Shown: piece by piece, positions 39,431 to 49,617 of the stretch | How positions within the stretch are numbered: position 1 is the first letter of the stretch | How the letters are laid out: each line of letters opens with the position of its first letter | The notes under the pieces: model-generated | Database searches by the model: none | Seen by the model: the letters and a program-made list of their open reading frames with translations, nothing else | Told to the model about the DNA's origin: nothing | Position numbers and translations under genes: made by a program | Source: Chthonomonadales bacterium | GTDB lineage: Bacteria; Armatimonadota; Chthonomonadetes; Chthonomonadales; CAJBBX01 | NCBI GenBank assembly: GCA_049967475.1 | Contig: JBMFSQ010000007.1 | Span: 64,001-128,000, forward strand | Direction: 5' to 3' | Length of the DNA: 64,000 nucleotides

Positions 39431-40528
39431 ATGAATATCCTTCAGGTGGTATCCAGCTCGCGGACCTCGGGCGCGGAGAAGCACCTGGTGATCCTTTCGC
39501 GTTGGCTTCAGCGGATGGGGCACAACGTCACCGCCGTATGTCCGCCTGGAGGCTGGCTGCCGGAACAACTCCATGCTGCAGGCATCCCCACGGTGGAGAT
39601 GCCCATGCGTGGCCTTCTGGCACCGAAGGCCGTGTTCAGTTTGGGAGCGCTGGCGAAGAAGCAGCATATTGACATCATCCACACACACCTCACGCGGGCT
39701 ACGTATATGGGGTATCTGGCAGGACTTCTGGCCCATGTGCCCGTTATCTCGACGGTCCACATTTGGAGTAGGGATTTCGCCTATCGGTATCTGCCTTCAC
39801 ACAACCATTGGTTCGTGGCGGTGTCCAATTACGCTCGAGACGCCCTGATTGCCCGTGGATTGCCCGCTTCCCGTGTCGAGACCGTGTACAATGGGACCGA
39901 CCTGGGCGAGGGCGAGGATTTGGAGGGCTCGTCCAGCGAGCTGAGTGTGAGCGCGGAGCTGGGCCTTCCTCCCGATGCTCAGATCGTAGGGCTATTCGGG
40001 CGTGTGGATGCCTTCAAAGGGCATGGGGTATTGGTGCGAGCCGCTCCGGCCATCGTGGCGAAATGCCCTCGGGCGTACTTTGTTTTTGTTGGTCCGGCGC
40101 AGCCCCATATTCAACAGGGGCTTTGGGAACTGGCTTCTGCCGAAGGGGTGGCCGACCGCATGCGCTTCACCGGCGTTCGCAACGACGTGGGGAGGCTGAT
40201 GGCGGCTGTAGACGTGGTGACCGCTCCTTCTCTAACGGAGACTTTCGGCATGGTGATTGTGGAGGCCATGGCTCTGGGAAAGGCCGTGGTAGCCACGCGG
40301 GCGGGAGGCATCCCGGAGTTGGTTCTGGACAACGAGACCGGGGTTCTTGTGGAACGGACGCCCAGGGCGCTAGCGGACGCGGTAATCAGCTTGTTGCAGA
40401 ACCCGGCACGCCGCTCCGATATGGGGCGTGCCGGCCGGGATCGGGCACGGGCGCTCTTCAGGGCGGATGTGATGGCGCACAATATGGAAAGCCTCTACCG
40501 CCGCGTGCTGGAAAGTTGCGGGCTCTAG
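39431..40528 (+). CDS. Glycosyltransferase family 4
   Basis: 'SGAEKH', 'VYNG', 'GRVDAFKG', 'ETFGMVIVEAMA'. Confidence 0.95.
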   Translation: MNILQVVSSSRTSGAEKHLVILSRWLQRMGHNVTAVCPPGGWLPEQLHAAGIPTVEMPMRGLLAPKAVFSLGALAKKQHIDIIHTHLTRATYMGYLAGLLAHVPVISTVHIWSRDFAYRYLPSHNHWFVAVSNYARDALIARGLPASRVETVYNGTDLGEGEDLEGSSSELSVSAELGLPPDAQIVGLFGRVDAFKGHGVLVRAAPAIVAKCPRAYFVFVGPAQPHIQQGLWELASAEGVADRMRFTGVRNDVGRLMAAVDVVTAPSLTETFGMVIVEAMALGKAVVATRAGGIPELVLDNETGVLVERTPRALADAVISLLQNPARRSDMGRAGRDRARALFRADVMAHNMESLYRRVLESCGL

Positions 40529-42072
40529 TGGGCAAAGCGTCGGCGGCGAGGGCGCATTGGGCTGCCGGTGTGCTCATCGCGGCTGCTGCCGGGGTTCAGG
40601 CGTACCTTGCCTGGGCTCTTCCCCTTGCCGCAGATGAGACGTACTATTGGGAGTGGAGCCGTCATCTCGGCTGGGGCTACTATGATCAAGGCCCCATGAT
40701 CGCTTGGTGGATCCGGGCATCCACTGCGCTGTTGGGCGATGGATCCTTGGGCATCCGCGCAGGCATCGTGCTCGCTGCCGCCGGCACGCATTTGCTGGTC
40801 TACCTCCTGGGTCTTCAGGTGGCCGCTCCCAGGGTTGCCCTCCGAGCGTTGGTGCTCAGCATCATTACTCCGCTCTCATTTGCCGGCGGCTTCATAGCCA
40901 CGTACGATCCCCTGTTGGTGTTTTTCTGGAGTGGAGCTATAACAGCCGGGCTACGGGCTTTGGGATCCTCCGGCTTCAGGTGGTGGGTGTTTGTTGGAGT
41001 GCTATGGGGTCTTGGCCTGCTGAGCAAACACTCCATGGCTCTCTTCGCCTTGTGCTTGGGAGTGGCACTGCTGCACCCCGATTGGCGGCACTGGTTCCGA
41101 CGGCCTCAGCCATGGGTAGCTCTCGTGGTGGGCGTGGCGGTCTTCCTCCCGAACCTCATTTGGCAATCCTTCCATCACTGGATGACGTTTCGGCACCTGT
41201 TTCTGCTCACGGCGGGAGACAACCATACTCCGTGGCGCCGATTGGGAGAATACATAGGATCGCAGGCAGGGTTGATCTCCCCGCTTCTGTTCGCGGGGTT
41301 TGTCGCCTCTCTTATCTATGCCATGCGCCGTGGCTGGAAGCTCGGGGAAGCGCGCGTTTGGTATCTATTCTCCATGGCCGCTCCCGTGCTCGTGTTTTTT
41401 TGCCTTCTGGCCTTGAAATCCAAGGTTCAGGCGAACTGGGCTGTTATGGGCTGGGTGAGCGTGCCCCTTGTATATGCTTTATGGTTGGAGGACGCGGCGC
41501 GCGAGGAGCGAAGAGGCAAACTGGTCACGATATTGGACGGTGCAGCGGTAGCTGTTTGCTGCATGCTCACGCTTCTGCTGGTAGCGCCGGAACTGCGCAC
41601 TGCGATGGGGATGCGGGTGCCGGCCCGGTGGGACCAAACCAACAAGCTGTTTGGCGGTCGGGAGATCGCAGACGCCGCCGAGAGGGCCAAGAGGATGATG
41701 GAAGCCGAAGGGGCCGGCCCTGTAGTATTGGCTGCCGCCACTTATGACACGGCAAGCCGGATGGCTTATTACATGAGAGGCAAACCCCATGTGGCCTGCA
41801 TCTTCGTCGGGACACGGATGAACAGTTATGTGCTCTGGAACAAGGAAGCCCATCTGGTCCCGGGAAGCAACGCCGTAATCGTAGATGGATGCGGCCCTAG
41901 CGACGCGTGTTTGCCCCCGTTCCGGGCGATCTTCCACCGGGTGGTGTACACTCCGCCGCCTGTTCTGGTATACCGGCCCGGCGTGTATCGCCAGCCGGTG
42001 GACCGCCTCTACGTTTACCGGTGCTACGGGTACCATCCCAACAAGGATGTGGAGCGGCCGAAAGGAGGATAG
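40528..42072 (+). CDS. GT-C membrane glycosyltransferase (ArnT/PMT-like, GT39/GT83)
   Basis: 'DETYYWEWSRHL.WGYYDQGP', 'GLGLLSK', many TM helices, 'QANW'; start approximate. Confidence 0.88.
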   Translation: MGKASAARAHWAAGVLIAAAAGVQAYLAWALPLAADETYYWEWSRHLGWGYYDQGPMIAWWIRASTALLGDGSLGIRAGIVLAAAGTHLLVYLLGLQVAAPRVALRALVLSIITPLSFAGGFIATYDPLLVFFWSGAITAGLRALGSSGFRWWVFVGVLWGLGLLSKHSMALFALCLGVALLHPDWRHWFRRPQPWVALVVGVAVFLPNLIWQSFHHWMTFRHLFLLTAGDNHTPWRRLGEYIGSQAGLISPLLFAGFVASLIYAMRRGWKLGEARVWYLFSMAAPVLVFFCLLALKSKVQANWAVMGWVSVPLVYALWLEDAAREERRGKLVTILDGAAVAVCCMLTLLLVAPELRTAMGMRVPARWDQTNKLFGGREIADAAERAKRMMEAEGAGPVVLAAATYDTASRMAYYMRGKPHVACIFVGTRMNSYVLWNKEAHLVPGSNAVIVDGCGPSDACLPPFRAIFHRVVYTPPPVLVYRPGVYRQPVDRLYVYRCYGYHPNKDVERPKGG

Positions 42073-42078
42073 GGAGGG

Positions 42079-42822
42079 ATGGGGCTCAAGGGCGGTTCGG
42101 GCGATTGGTGTTTGCCGATCCTGATGTACCATCATGTGGGGGCAGAATGGCGCAATCGGCCCCAGCACTTTCTCAATGTGACCGCCGGAACCTTTGCTCG
42201 GCAGATGCGGTTTCTTGCCCGCGCCGGATACCGGGCGGTGTCATTCGCCGAGGCTGCTAGGGCCCTTGCCGCACGCGATCGGCCTGGCCGGCGGCTCATC
42301 TGCATCACATTCGATGACGGTTATGCCAGCGTTGCCCGGAATGCAGCTCCGGTGTTGGAGGCGCTGAATTGGCCCGCCACAGTATTCGTGCCCACGGCCT
42401 GGGCGGGGCGTCGCAACGAGTGGGATGAGGCCGAAGGTCGCCCGGTCCAGCCGATCATGGGTTGGGATGCTCTGGCCGAGCTGGCCGCGCGCGGATGGGA
42501 GATAGGCGCGCACACCCGCACACACCCGCATCTGGAGCTTCTGGCGGAGGACACCGCGTGGGAAGAGATTTCCGGATGCCGGCGGGACATGCAGGAACGG
42601 CTGGGCATTGCACCCTGCACCTTCTGCTATCCGTTCGGCACGTACAATGCCTCCGTTAAGGAGTTGGTGCGCAGAGCCGGGTATACCGCAGCATGCACCA
42701 CGAGGAGCGGCCTTGCGTATCGGGGCGCCGATCCCATGGAGTACCCTCGGGTAAAAGTGGCGTACCGCGATGGCTTGCCGGGGATGCTTTACCGGTTGTG
42801 GATCCGCCCGCGCTTGGGATAA
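42079..42822 (+). CDS. Polysaccharide deacetylase (CE4)
   Basis: 'ILMYH', 'ITFDDGY', 'GAHTRTHP', 'FCYPFG'. Confidence 0.93.
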   Translation: MGLKGGSGDWCLPILMYHHVGAEWRNRPQHFLNVTAGTFARQMRFLARAGYRAVSFAEAARALAARDRPGRRLICITFDDGYASVARNAAPVLEALNWPATVFVPTAWAGRRNEWDEAEGRPVQPIMGWDALAELAARGWEIGAHTRTHPHLELLAEDTAWEEISGCRRDMQERLGIAPCTFCYPFGTYNASVKELVRRAGYTAACTTRSGLAYRGADPMEYPRVKVAYRDGLPGMLYRLWIRPRLG

Positions 42823-42826
42823 CGCA

Positions 42827-45004
42827 TCAAACCTCGCGGCGGGAAAGGTTCACGCGCGCCCCCCGTACCTCAAAGGAGCCTGTAAGTACGCTTCGTCCCG
42901 ATGCTGCGGCAGACGGCTGGCCGCCGCCCACGCTGATCAGGAGGCGGCCAGGTTCGATGAAGGGGGTTCCCTCGTCGCTCCAGCACACCATTTGGCGGGG
43001 ATCTAGGGCGAATTCCAGCGTGCGGTCTTCACCCGGCACCAGATGGATGCGTCGGAACCCTTGGAGGGACCGGATGGGTACCGGTACGGAGGCCTCCGGG
43101 TGGGCCAGATAGAGCTGCACGACCTCGTCTCCGGGGCGCCCGCCTGTATTGCGCACCGTCACGCGCACTTGAACGCTCTCCCCTGGGGCGATGGTGGCGG
43201 GGGTGATGGTGAGGCCGGAGTACTCGAACGTGGTGTAGCTAAGGCCATATCCGAACGGGAACAAAGGATGGCCATGGAAATACCGGTAGGTGCGTCCGAT
43301 CATGGAATAGTCGGTGAAGGGTGGGAGCTGCTCCGAAGTCTGATAGAAGGTTACAGGCAGGCGGCCGGCCGGATTGAAGTCCCCAAATAGCGCCTCGGCT
43401 ACGGCAGTACCTGCTTCCTCGCCACCGTACCAAACATGCATCATGGCAGCGACGTTCTGAGCTGCCCAACCCAGGGCGAGTGCGCTCCCGGAGAGTGTAA
43501 CCAGCACGATGGGCGTGCCGACCGAGTGGATCGCGTGGAGCAGTTCCATTTGGATGGGCGGCAGGCCCAGGTCGCGGCGGTCTCCGCTCTTGTCCAAGAG
43601 GCCTTCTTCCCCTTCCTCGCCTTCCAGTTTCGGCGAAAGGCCCATCACCATCACGACGACGTCTGACGATCGGGCGGCGGCTTCGGCCTCGGCAAATCCT
43701 CCTCGATGGCCGCCGACGAGGTCGCAGCCTTTGGCATGACGCACCGTGACGTGATTGCCCGCGCGGTGAAGGATGCCTTGGAGGATCGTGACGGCCCGGG
43801 AAGGCGTACCGTGGTAATTGCCGAGAAGCACGTCCACATCATCCGCATTGGGGCCGATAACCGCGATATTGCGGATGCCGGAGCCGAAAGGAAGGACGCT
43901 GCGGTCATTCTTGAGGAGCACGATGGAGGCTCTGGCCGCTTGCAGAGCGAGCGCCCGGTGCTCCTCGCTGTCATTAACTGAGATAGGGATGGAGGCGTAG
44001 GGGACGCTTTCGGGTGGATCGAACATTCCCAAGCGGATGCGGGCTTCGAAGAGGCGTTCTACGGCGCGATTGATGGCAGTTTCGTCCAGAAGGCCGTTGA
44101 GGATTGCGCCGATGAGTGCTTTGTAGGTGTCTCCACAGTTGAGATCGCATCCATTGGCCACGGCCAGAGCTGCAGCTTGTTCGGCAGTGAGGACCACGCG
44201 GTGGTTGCGGAAGATATCGTCTATGGCGCCGCAATCGGACACGACGTATCCCGTGAAGCCCCACTCGTCACGGAGGATGTCTTGGAGGAGCGTCTTCGAA
44301 GCGCAGCAGGGTTCGCCGTTGGTCCGGTTATAAGCGGCCATGACGCTGCCTGCCTTCCCCTCCTGCACGCAGGCTTTGAACGCCGGTAGGTAGGTTTCCC
44401 AGAGGTCTCTGGGGTTCACGCGGGCATCAAAGCTGTGGCGGTCCTTCTCTGGGCCGCTGTGAACGGCGAAGTGTTTGGGTGTGGCGATGGTCTTGAAGTA
44501 CTTGGGATGGTCCCCTTGGAGCCCGCGCACGAACGCAACGCCGAGGCGTGCTGTAAGGTAGGGATCTTCGCCGTACGTCTCCTGGCCACGGCCCCAGCGC
44601 GGATCGCGGAAGATGTTGATGTTAGGGGACCAAAAGGTCAGTCCGAAATACTGGGGCGATGCGCCGCCGTGGTCTTTACAGGCCTGATGATGCTTGGCAC
44701 GAGCCTCGTCGGAGATGGCTTCTGCTACTCGTGCAACGAGTTGTTCGTCGAAGCCGGCAGCGAGGCCGATTGCCTGGGGGAATACGGTGGCGATGCCTGC
44801 GCGGGCAACCCCGTGAAGACATTCATTCCACCAATTGTAAGCCGGGATGGAGAGGCGCGGGATTGGAGGCGCATCGTGCATCATCTGGCTTACTTTTTCT
44901 TCCAGAGTCATTCTGCGCACTAGGTCTGCTGCGCGCCGGCTGGGAGGAAGATCCGGGTTCTTGTAGGATGGAGGCGTGTCGTTCGGCACAGTCGGGTTCT
45001 CCAA
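42827..45004 (-). CDS. GH3 beta-xylosidase/glucosidase with Fn3-like domain
   Basis: 'WNECLHG', 'RDPRWGRGQETYGEDP', 'KHF', 'VSDC', 'FPFGYGLSY'. Confidence 0.95.
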   Translation of the reverse strand: MENPTVPNDTPPSYKNPDLPPSRRAADLVRRMTLEEKVSQMMHDAPPIPRLSIPAYNWWNECLHGVARAGIATVFPQAIGLAAGFDEQLVARVAEAISDEARAKHHQACKDHGGASPQYFGLTFWSPNINIFRDPRWGRGQETYGEDPYLTARLGVAFVRGLQGDHPKYFKTIATPKHFAVHSGPEKDRHSFDARVNPRDLWETYLPAFKACVQEGKAGSVMAAYNRTNGEPCCASKTLLQDILRDEWGFTGYVVSDCGAIDDIFRNHRVVLTAEQAAALAVANGCDLNCGDTYKALIGAILNGLLDETAINRAVERLFEARIRLGMFDPPESVPYASIPISVNDSEEHRALALQAARASIVLLKNDRSVLPFGSGIRNIAVIGPNADDVDVLLGNYHGTPSRAVTILQGILHRAGNHVTVRHAKGCDLVGGHRGGFAEAEAAARSSDVVVMVMGLSPKLEGEEGEEGLLDKSGDRRDLGLPPIQMELLHAIHSVGTPIVLVTLSGSALALGWAAQNVAAMMHVWYGGEEAGTAVAEALFGDFNPAGRLPVTFYQTSEQLPPFTDYSMIGRTYRYFHGHPLFPFGYGLSYTTFEYSGLTITPATIAPGESVQVRVTVRNTGGRPGDEVVQLYLAHPEASVPVPIRSLQGFRRIHLVPGEDRTLEFALDPRQMVCWSDEGTPFIEPGRLLISVGGGQPSAAASGRSVLTGSFEVRGARVNLSRREV

Positions 45005-45194
45005 GAAAAGGATGGAAGTCAGCGATTAGGGTGCGGCGTAACGCCGGGCTACCATATTGACTGTTTATCTGCTTCGGCTTCATGCCTGCGGAATCCTACT
45101 TGATCCAAGGATTTCGATGGATGCAAGGTGAAGAGGAGGGACAAAGGAGTGCCGGCCGGTGGAAGCAACCCCGGTGGATTGAGGAGGATCTGGT

Positions 45195-46139
45195 ATGAAG
45201 ACGCAACGATTGGGCCCAGACGGCGTTGAAGTGTCCCGCATCGGGCTCGGCTGCATGGGGCTTGCAGGTACGTGGAACCCTTCGGAAGTGGGCCCTGAGC
45301 ATCGGAAGCGGGCGATTGCAGCGTTCGAGGCAGCGCTGGAGGCGGGCATCACCTTCTACGACCATGCAGACATCTATGGCGGGACCGCCTGTGAAACGAT
45401 CTTTCGAGACTGCCTGCGGGCTGTTCCCGGAAGTCGCGAGCGCATCTTCATCGCCACCAAAGTAGGCATAAGGTCCGGCTATTACGACCATTCGGCGGAC
45501 TACATACGGCGTTCCATCCGAGGATCTCTTGATCGCCTGGGTGTGGAGTATGTAGATCTCTATCAGCTTCATCGGCCGGACCCCCTGACGCATCCAGCCG
45601 AGACGGCGGCGGTTTTGGATGAATTGATAGAGCAGGGGTTGGTGAAGTACGTGGGGGTGAGCAACTACTATCCCCATCAGCTTCTGGCGCTGAAGCGGTA
45701 CCTGAAGGCGCCTATCGTGTGCAACCAGATCAGCATTTCACTGTTGCGGCTGGATGCCGTCTATGAGGGCGCTCCTGGCGGTCCCGGGGATGGCGTACTG
45801 GATCAGTGCCTGGAGTTGGGCATCACTCCCCTGGCGTACAGCCCATTGGGTGGCGGGTGGCTCACAGGCCGGCGCGAGCTGCCGGCAGATCAAATGCGGG
45901 CAGAGCGCATCGAGCGCATCCTGGCTACGATGCGGGACCTGGCCCCGGAGTATGGCCATGCAACGCCGTCCCAATTGGCTGTGGCGTGGTTGTTGAGGCA
46001 CCCGGCCGGTATCATTCCGCTTGTGGGTTCCAACAACCCGGACCACATACGCGAAGCTGCCGGCGCTGCGCAGATCGAGCTTTCGCGGGTGGATTGGTAC
46101 CGGCTTTGGGTGGCAGCGCGAGGGGAGCGCGTTCCGTAG
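45195..46139 (+). CDS. Aldo/keto reductase
   Basis: 'IGLGCM', 'DHADIYG', 'ATK', 'DLYQLHRPD', 'YSPLGGG'. Confidence 0.95.
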   Translation: MKTQRLGPDGVEVSRIGLGCMGLAGTWNPSEVGPEHRKRAIAAFEAALEAGITFYDHADIYGGTACETIFRDCLRAVPGSRERIFIATKVGIRSGYYDHSADYIRRSIRGSLDRLGVEYVDLYQLHRPDPLTHPAETAAVLDELIEQGLVKYVGVSNYYPHQLLALKRYLKAPIVCNQISISLLRLDAVYEGAPGGPGDGVLDQCLELGITPLAYSPLGGGWLTGRRELPADQMRAERIERILATMRDLAPEYGHATPSQLAVAWLLRHPAGIIPLVGSNNPDHIREAAGAAQIELSRVDWYRLWVAARGERVP

Positions 46140-46284
46140 CGAAAACATCAGCAGGTGCCGGGGAAGAAAGCCGTGTGCGGGCGGCTGGGCGCCCTCGAGC
46201 TGAAAATGTGCCTCCCGAGCGCCTGAACGAAGCCCGTTGCTCCGCGCATCCGGGGTTTCGTTCAGGCTGGGCGGCTCCGGTAGT

Positions 46285-47010
46285 TCATGCGCCTGTGCGC
46301 GTTGCGGCGCGTCTGCGGAACAGAACACCCCAAACCGCAGATCCAATGAGCACGACGACAGGCGCTGCAGGCACGGGCGTTTGCGGCGGGTCGTATCCGA
46401 ACGTGAAGTGAGAGATGTTCGCGAAATCGGCTCCGGGCTGGGTTACGCGAAGCCATGTGATGGGGTTGGGGCTTGTAAAGCCTACGAATGCCAGATCCGG
46501 CTTGTTGAAGGTGCTGAAATTGAATACCTGGCCCGAGGGAGTTGTAACGGTGATGGGAGCTCCATTGGGCCCTCCCCCTGCATGGATCGTATACACGTTG
46601 AAGCCAACGGCGGTGATGCCTGCCGGCAGGGTGATCTGCAAATATCCGTTGTAGTGAGAACCCATGCCGCCCGGACCCTGAAGCACCGTGGGGTTCGTGT
46701 TCCATCCCGCATAGGTGGTCGGCGCATATGTGGGCGGGATTACGTAGAGGTACACACCCTGGTAGTCCGGCCCTGTGAGTTTGCCGAAGAAGTTGACGCC
46801 GCTTATTGTAAGGCCGCTCGGGTAGGCGAGGGACCCACCGACGGGAGGATGAAGCGAAGCGAAGTCAATCGTCGTCATTCCCGAGCTGACGGAACCGAAG
46901 GCCACAGGGTCGGTGTAGGCGATGATCTGGGAGTGAGCACGGGGCACCGCCAGCAGGCAAATGAGTGCGGCAGAAAGAAGAATTCTGCGGCAGTGTGTGA
47001 TGCGTTTCAT
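46285..47010 (-). CDS. Secreted protein with PEP-CTERM-like sorting tail
   Basis: AAGGAG RBS, signal peptide, C-terminal 'TPVPAAP' followed by a TM helix and 'RRR'. Confidence 0.75.
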   Translation of the reverse strand: MKRITHCRRILLSAALICLLAVPRAHSQIIAYTDPVAFGSVSSGMTTIDFASLHPPVGGSLAYPSGLTISGVNFFGKLTGPDYQGVYLYVIPPTYAPTTYAGWNTNPTVLQGPGGMGSHYNGYLQITLPAGITAVGFNVYTIHAGGGPNGAPITVTTPSGQVFNFSTFNKPDLAFVGFTSPNPITWLRVTQPGADFANISHFTFGYDPPQTPVPAAPVVVLIGSAVWGVLFRRRAATRTGA

Positions 47011-47235
47011 GCTCTGAGCACTCCTTGTGTCGGTAAGTTCCGGCACGCCACCACTAGGATCGTGTTCATACGCCGGCGTTATGCTATCACCCTCGAGCGC
47101 GGCGAGGTACTGTAAAGGATGCGGGTTCTTCATCGGAACGGCTGGAAACACGTACTCTTGACAGGCGGGATGGAGTGGCGAACCTAATACGGAAAAAGGA
47201 GCGGCTGGGGGTTGCAACCCGGCATCCGTTGAGCG

Positions 47236-48408
47236 ATGGGCAACACATGCCCACCCATGTGCAGAACCTGGTTTGAGCATCACCTGACAGGCGAAATCCT
47301 TCCGCGTTGGCTCCATAAGAGCCCGGCGGTCAACGGCTTCTTCGAGGCGCGCCTCGATGGCAGGTGGGAGCGGCAATCAGGCAGCGTCGCCACACTGGTT
47401 AGCCAAGGGCGGCTGCTCTACAACTTTGCTGAGGGATGGCGCCAGACCCGCCAATCCGCTTATTTGGAAGCCGTGGCTAAAGGCGCTGCGTTCTTGGTGC
47501 GGCACATGACGGATCGGCAGAACGGAGGTTGGTACTGGTCCGTTACGGCGGACGGGCGGGTGGCCGATGCAACCAAGAACACGTATGGACACGCATTCGC
47601 CCTGTTCGGACTGGCCCACGCATGGGATGCAGCTCGCCAACCCGAGGTGAGAGAAGCTGCATTGCAGGGATGGGAGGCCGTGTCGCACCATTTGCGTGAC
47701 CGGCGGGGCGCGTTCTGTTCGGCCACGTCTGCAGATTTCGGAGTGGTCCAGGCGGGTCGGTCCATCAATCCGTTGATGCATCTATTCGAAGCGCTGCTTG
47801 CGGCCGGGGATCTTTTGGGTGAGCCGCAGTTGCACCGGGAAGCGGAACGTTTGGCCGCTTTTGCATTGAGCCTCAAGGATGCGCGCAGAGGTCTGCTCCC
47901 GGAGACGTTCACCGATGAGTGGGAGCCGGCTTCGGCTTCGGATGGAGGCCGGTTCGAGGTTGGGCATCAGTTTGAATGGGCGTGGCTTCTCTCACGCGCT
48001 GCCGAGTTGGATGTTTGCCGGCCGTGGATTGCCGAAGCCGAGCACCTTGTGAACGGGGCGCTGGAACAGGGCATGGATAGCCAAATCGGCGCAATCCGCA
48101 GCGTTTTGGAACCGGACGGGACGGCACGGCCGGGTCCGCTGATCTACTGGGTGCAGTGCGAAGCGCTCCGGGCGTTGATCCATTTTGCGACGGTGCGGGC
48201 AAGATCCGATTTGCTCACGCCTGCACAACACGTGTATGCGTTCGTGCGCACGCGTTTTCTGGATCCCTTCTACGGCGGATGGTTCGAGGCCGTGGACCCT
48301 GCCGATGGGCCGGTTGCGGGCCCGAAGGGGCATCTTTGGAAGTTGGATTACCACATTGTGGGCTTATGCGTTGAAGCTGTGCGGCTCCTGCCGCCGATCG
48401 CGACCTAA
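47236..48408 (+). CDS. AGE-family sugar epimerase/isomerase (N-acylglucosamine/cellobiose 2-epimerase)
   Basis: 'QGRLLY', 'YGHAF', 'NPLMHLFEA', 'GHQFEWAW', 'WVQCE', 'YH'. Confidence 0.9.
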   Translation: MGNTCPPMCRTWFEHHLTGEILPRWLHKSPAVNGFFEARLDGRWERQSGSVATLVSQGRLLYNFAEGWRQTRQSAYLEAVAKGAAFLVRHMTDRQNGGWYWSVTADGRVADATKNTYGHAFALFGLAHAWDAARQPEVREAALQGWEAVSHHLRDRRGAFCSATSADFGVVQAGRSINPLMHLFEALLAAGDLLGEPQLHREAERLAAFALSLKDARRGLLPETFTDEWEPASASDGGRFEVGHQFEWAWLLSRAAELDVCRPWIAEAEHLVNGALEQGMDSQIGAIRSVLEPDGTARPGPLIYWVQCEALRALIHFATVRARSDLLTPAQHVYAFVRTRFLDPFYGGWFEAVDPADGPVAGPKGHLWKLDYHIVGLCVEAVRLLPPIAT

Positions 48409-49601
48409 GTGCCGGCGGCTTCCTGGAGTACAGAGGGTTCTCTAAGAGCCGGTGGGCCCGATGGAAGGAGGCGTGTTACGGCGAGTGCAGCTATGGCGAT
48501 GGCAGCCCCAAGCCAGAAGGGGAGGGTGTAGTTATGCCAGTGTTGCCACATCCACGCCCCGCTGATGGGAACGATCACCGCCGCCATATGGTTCATCGTG
48601 GTGCCCATGGCCAAACAGGGAGTGAGATCTCCCGGGCGCGCAATGCGGTGAAGATAGGTGGTGAACCCTATGCTGAAGGTAAACAAGATATTATCCATCA
48701 GGAAGAGCGCGTAGAGCACACCCACATGGCGCACTGAAGCGTACCCGGCAAAGATGGCGATGAGAGCCATCGCGTAGAAGGTGAGCGGACCGCGCTCACC
48801 CCGACGGTCCACCAATCGGCCGATGGCAGGCGCGGTGATCCAGATGAGGCCGGCATTCACGAGTTGCAGGGCCAGCATGGTGCGCAGAGGGACGCCGTAT
48901 ACGAGGATGAGCGTGTAGGAGGCGAAGATGGAGAAGATTTGCCTTCGGCATCCTTCCAGGAAGATCAGCAGGTAGTAGAGGCCGTACTCCTTGCGGATGA
49001 CGAAGCGGCTGCGAGGCGCGCCTTGAGCGTGAGGGGAGAGGCGGAACGAGAGCAGAGCGGCAACCAGGATGAGGCCCCCGGCCAGGAAGAAGAAGCCGGG
49101 ATACCTGGGATGGCGATGCATGCGGGCAGCGATCCACGAAAAGAGGAGGGCAGCTAGAGTGGCTGCTGAGCCGATGGCAGAGATGCGGCCGAGATGCCTT
49201 CCACCCTCTTTTCCTTTTGCCAGCGCCAAGGTAATTGCTGGCGACACCGTTGCGTACAGGTGAAATCCAGCCGACCAAAACACCGAAGTGAGAACCAGCG
49301 CCGTGTAGCTGTGCAGGACGCCCGTGAGGCCGATGCCGATGCCGCTGATGGCGAGGCCCAAGCCCGCTACTCTGGCTTCGGCAAAGGCTACGAGGCCGCC
49401 TGCCGTGATGGCGGTAAGGAAACCGGGAACTTCCCGTAGGGACTCAAGGCCGCCGAGCTGCAGGGCATCGGCACGGATCACATCGCGCAGGAAGTTCTGA
49501 AAAACGCCGTTGTAGACAGCGAAGCCGAACCCGAACAGGAAGGTGAGCGTTCCAAAGAGAGCCCAATCGCGGCGGAGTGTTTGAGTGCTGGTGTCGCTCA
49601 C
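48405..49601 (-). CDS. MFS transporter
   Basis: About 12 TM helices, 'GRLVDRRGER'; start estimated at GTG 49601. Confidence 0.85.
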   Translation of the reverse strand: MSDTSTQTLRRDWALFGTLTFLFGFGFAVYNGVFQNFLRDVIRADALQLGGLESLREVPGFLTAITAGGLVAFAEARVAGLGLAISGIGIGLTGVLHSYTALVLTSVFWSAGFHLYATVSPAITLALAKGKEGGRHLGRISAIGSAATLAALLFSWIAARMHRHPRYPGFFFLAGGLILVAALLSFRLSPHAQGAPRSRFVIRKEYGLYYLLIFLEGCRRQIFSIFASYTLILVYGVPLRTMLALQLVNAGLIWITAPAIGRLVDRRGERGPLTFYAMALIAIFAGYASVRHVGVLYALFLMDNILFTFSIGFTTYLHRIARPGDLTPCLAMGTTMNHMAAVIVPISGAWMWQHWHNYTLPFWLGAAIAIAALAVTRLLPSGPPALREPSVLQEAAGT

Positions 49602-49617
49602 GTCCGATGGTGTGCGG

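Noticed and set aside
39808..40527. N-terminal extension of the 754-aa GT-C ORF
   Set aside because: It overlaps the GT4 gene in another frame; the membrane protein plausibly starts near 40528.
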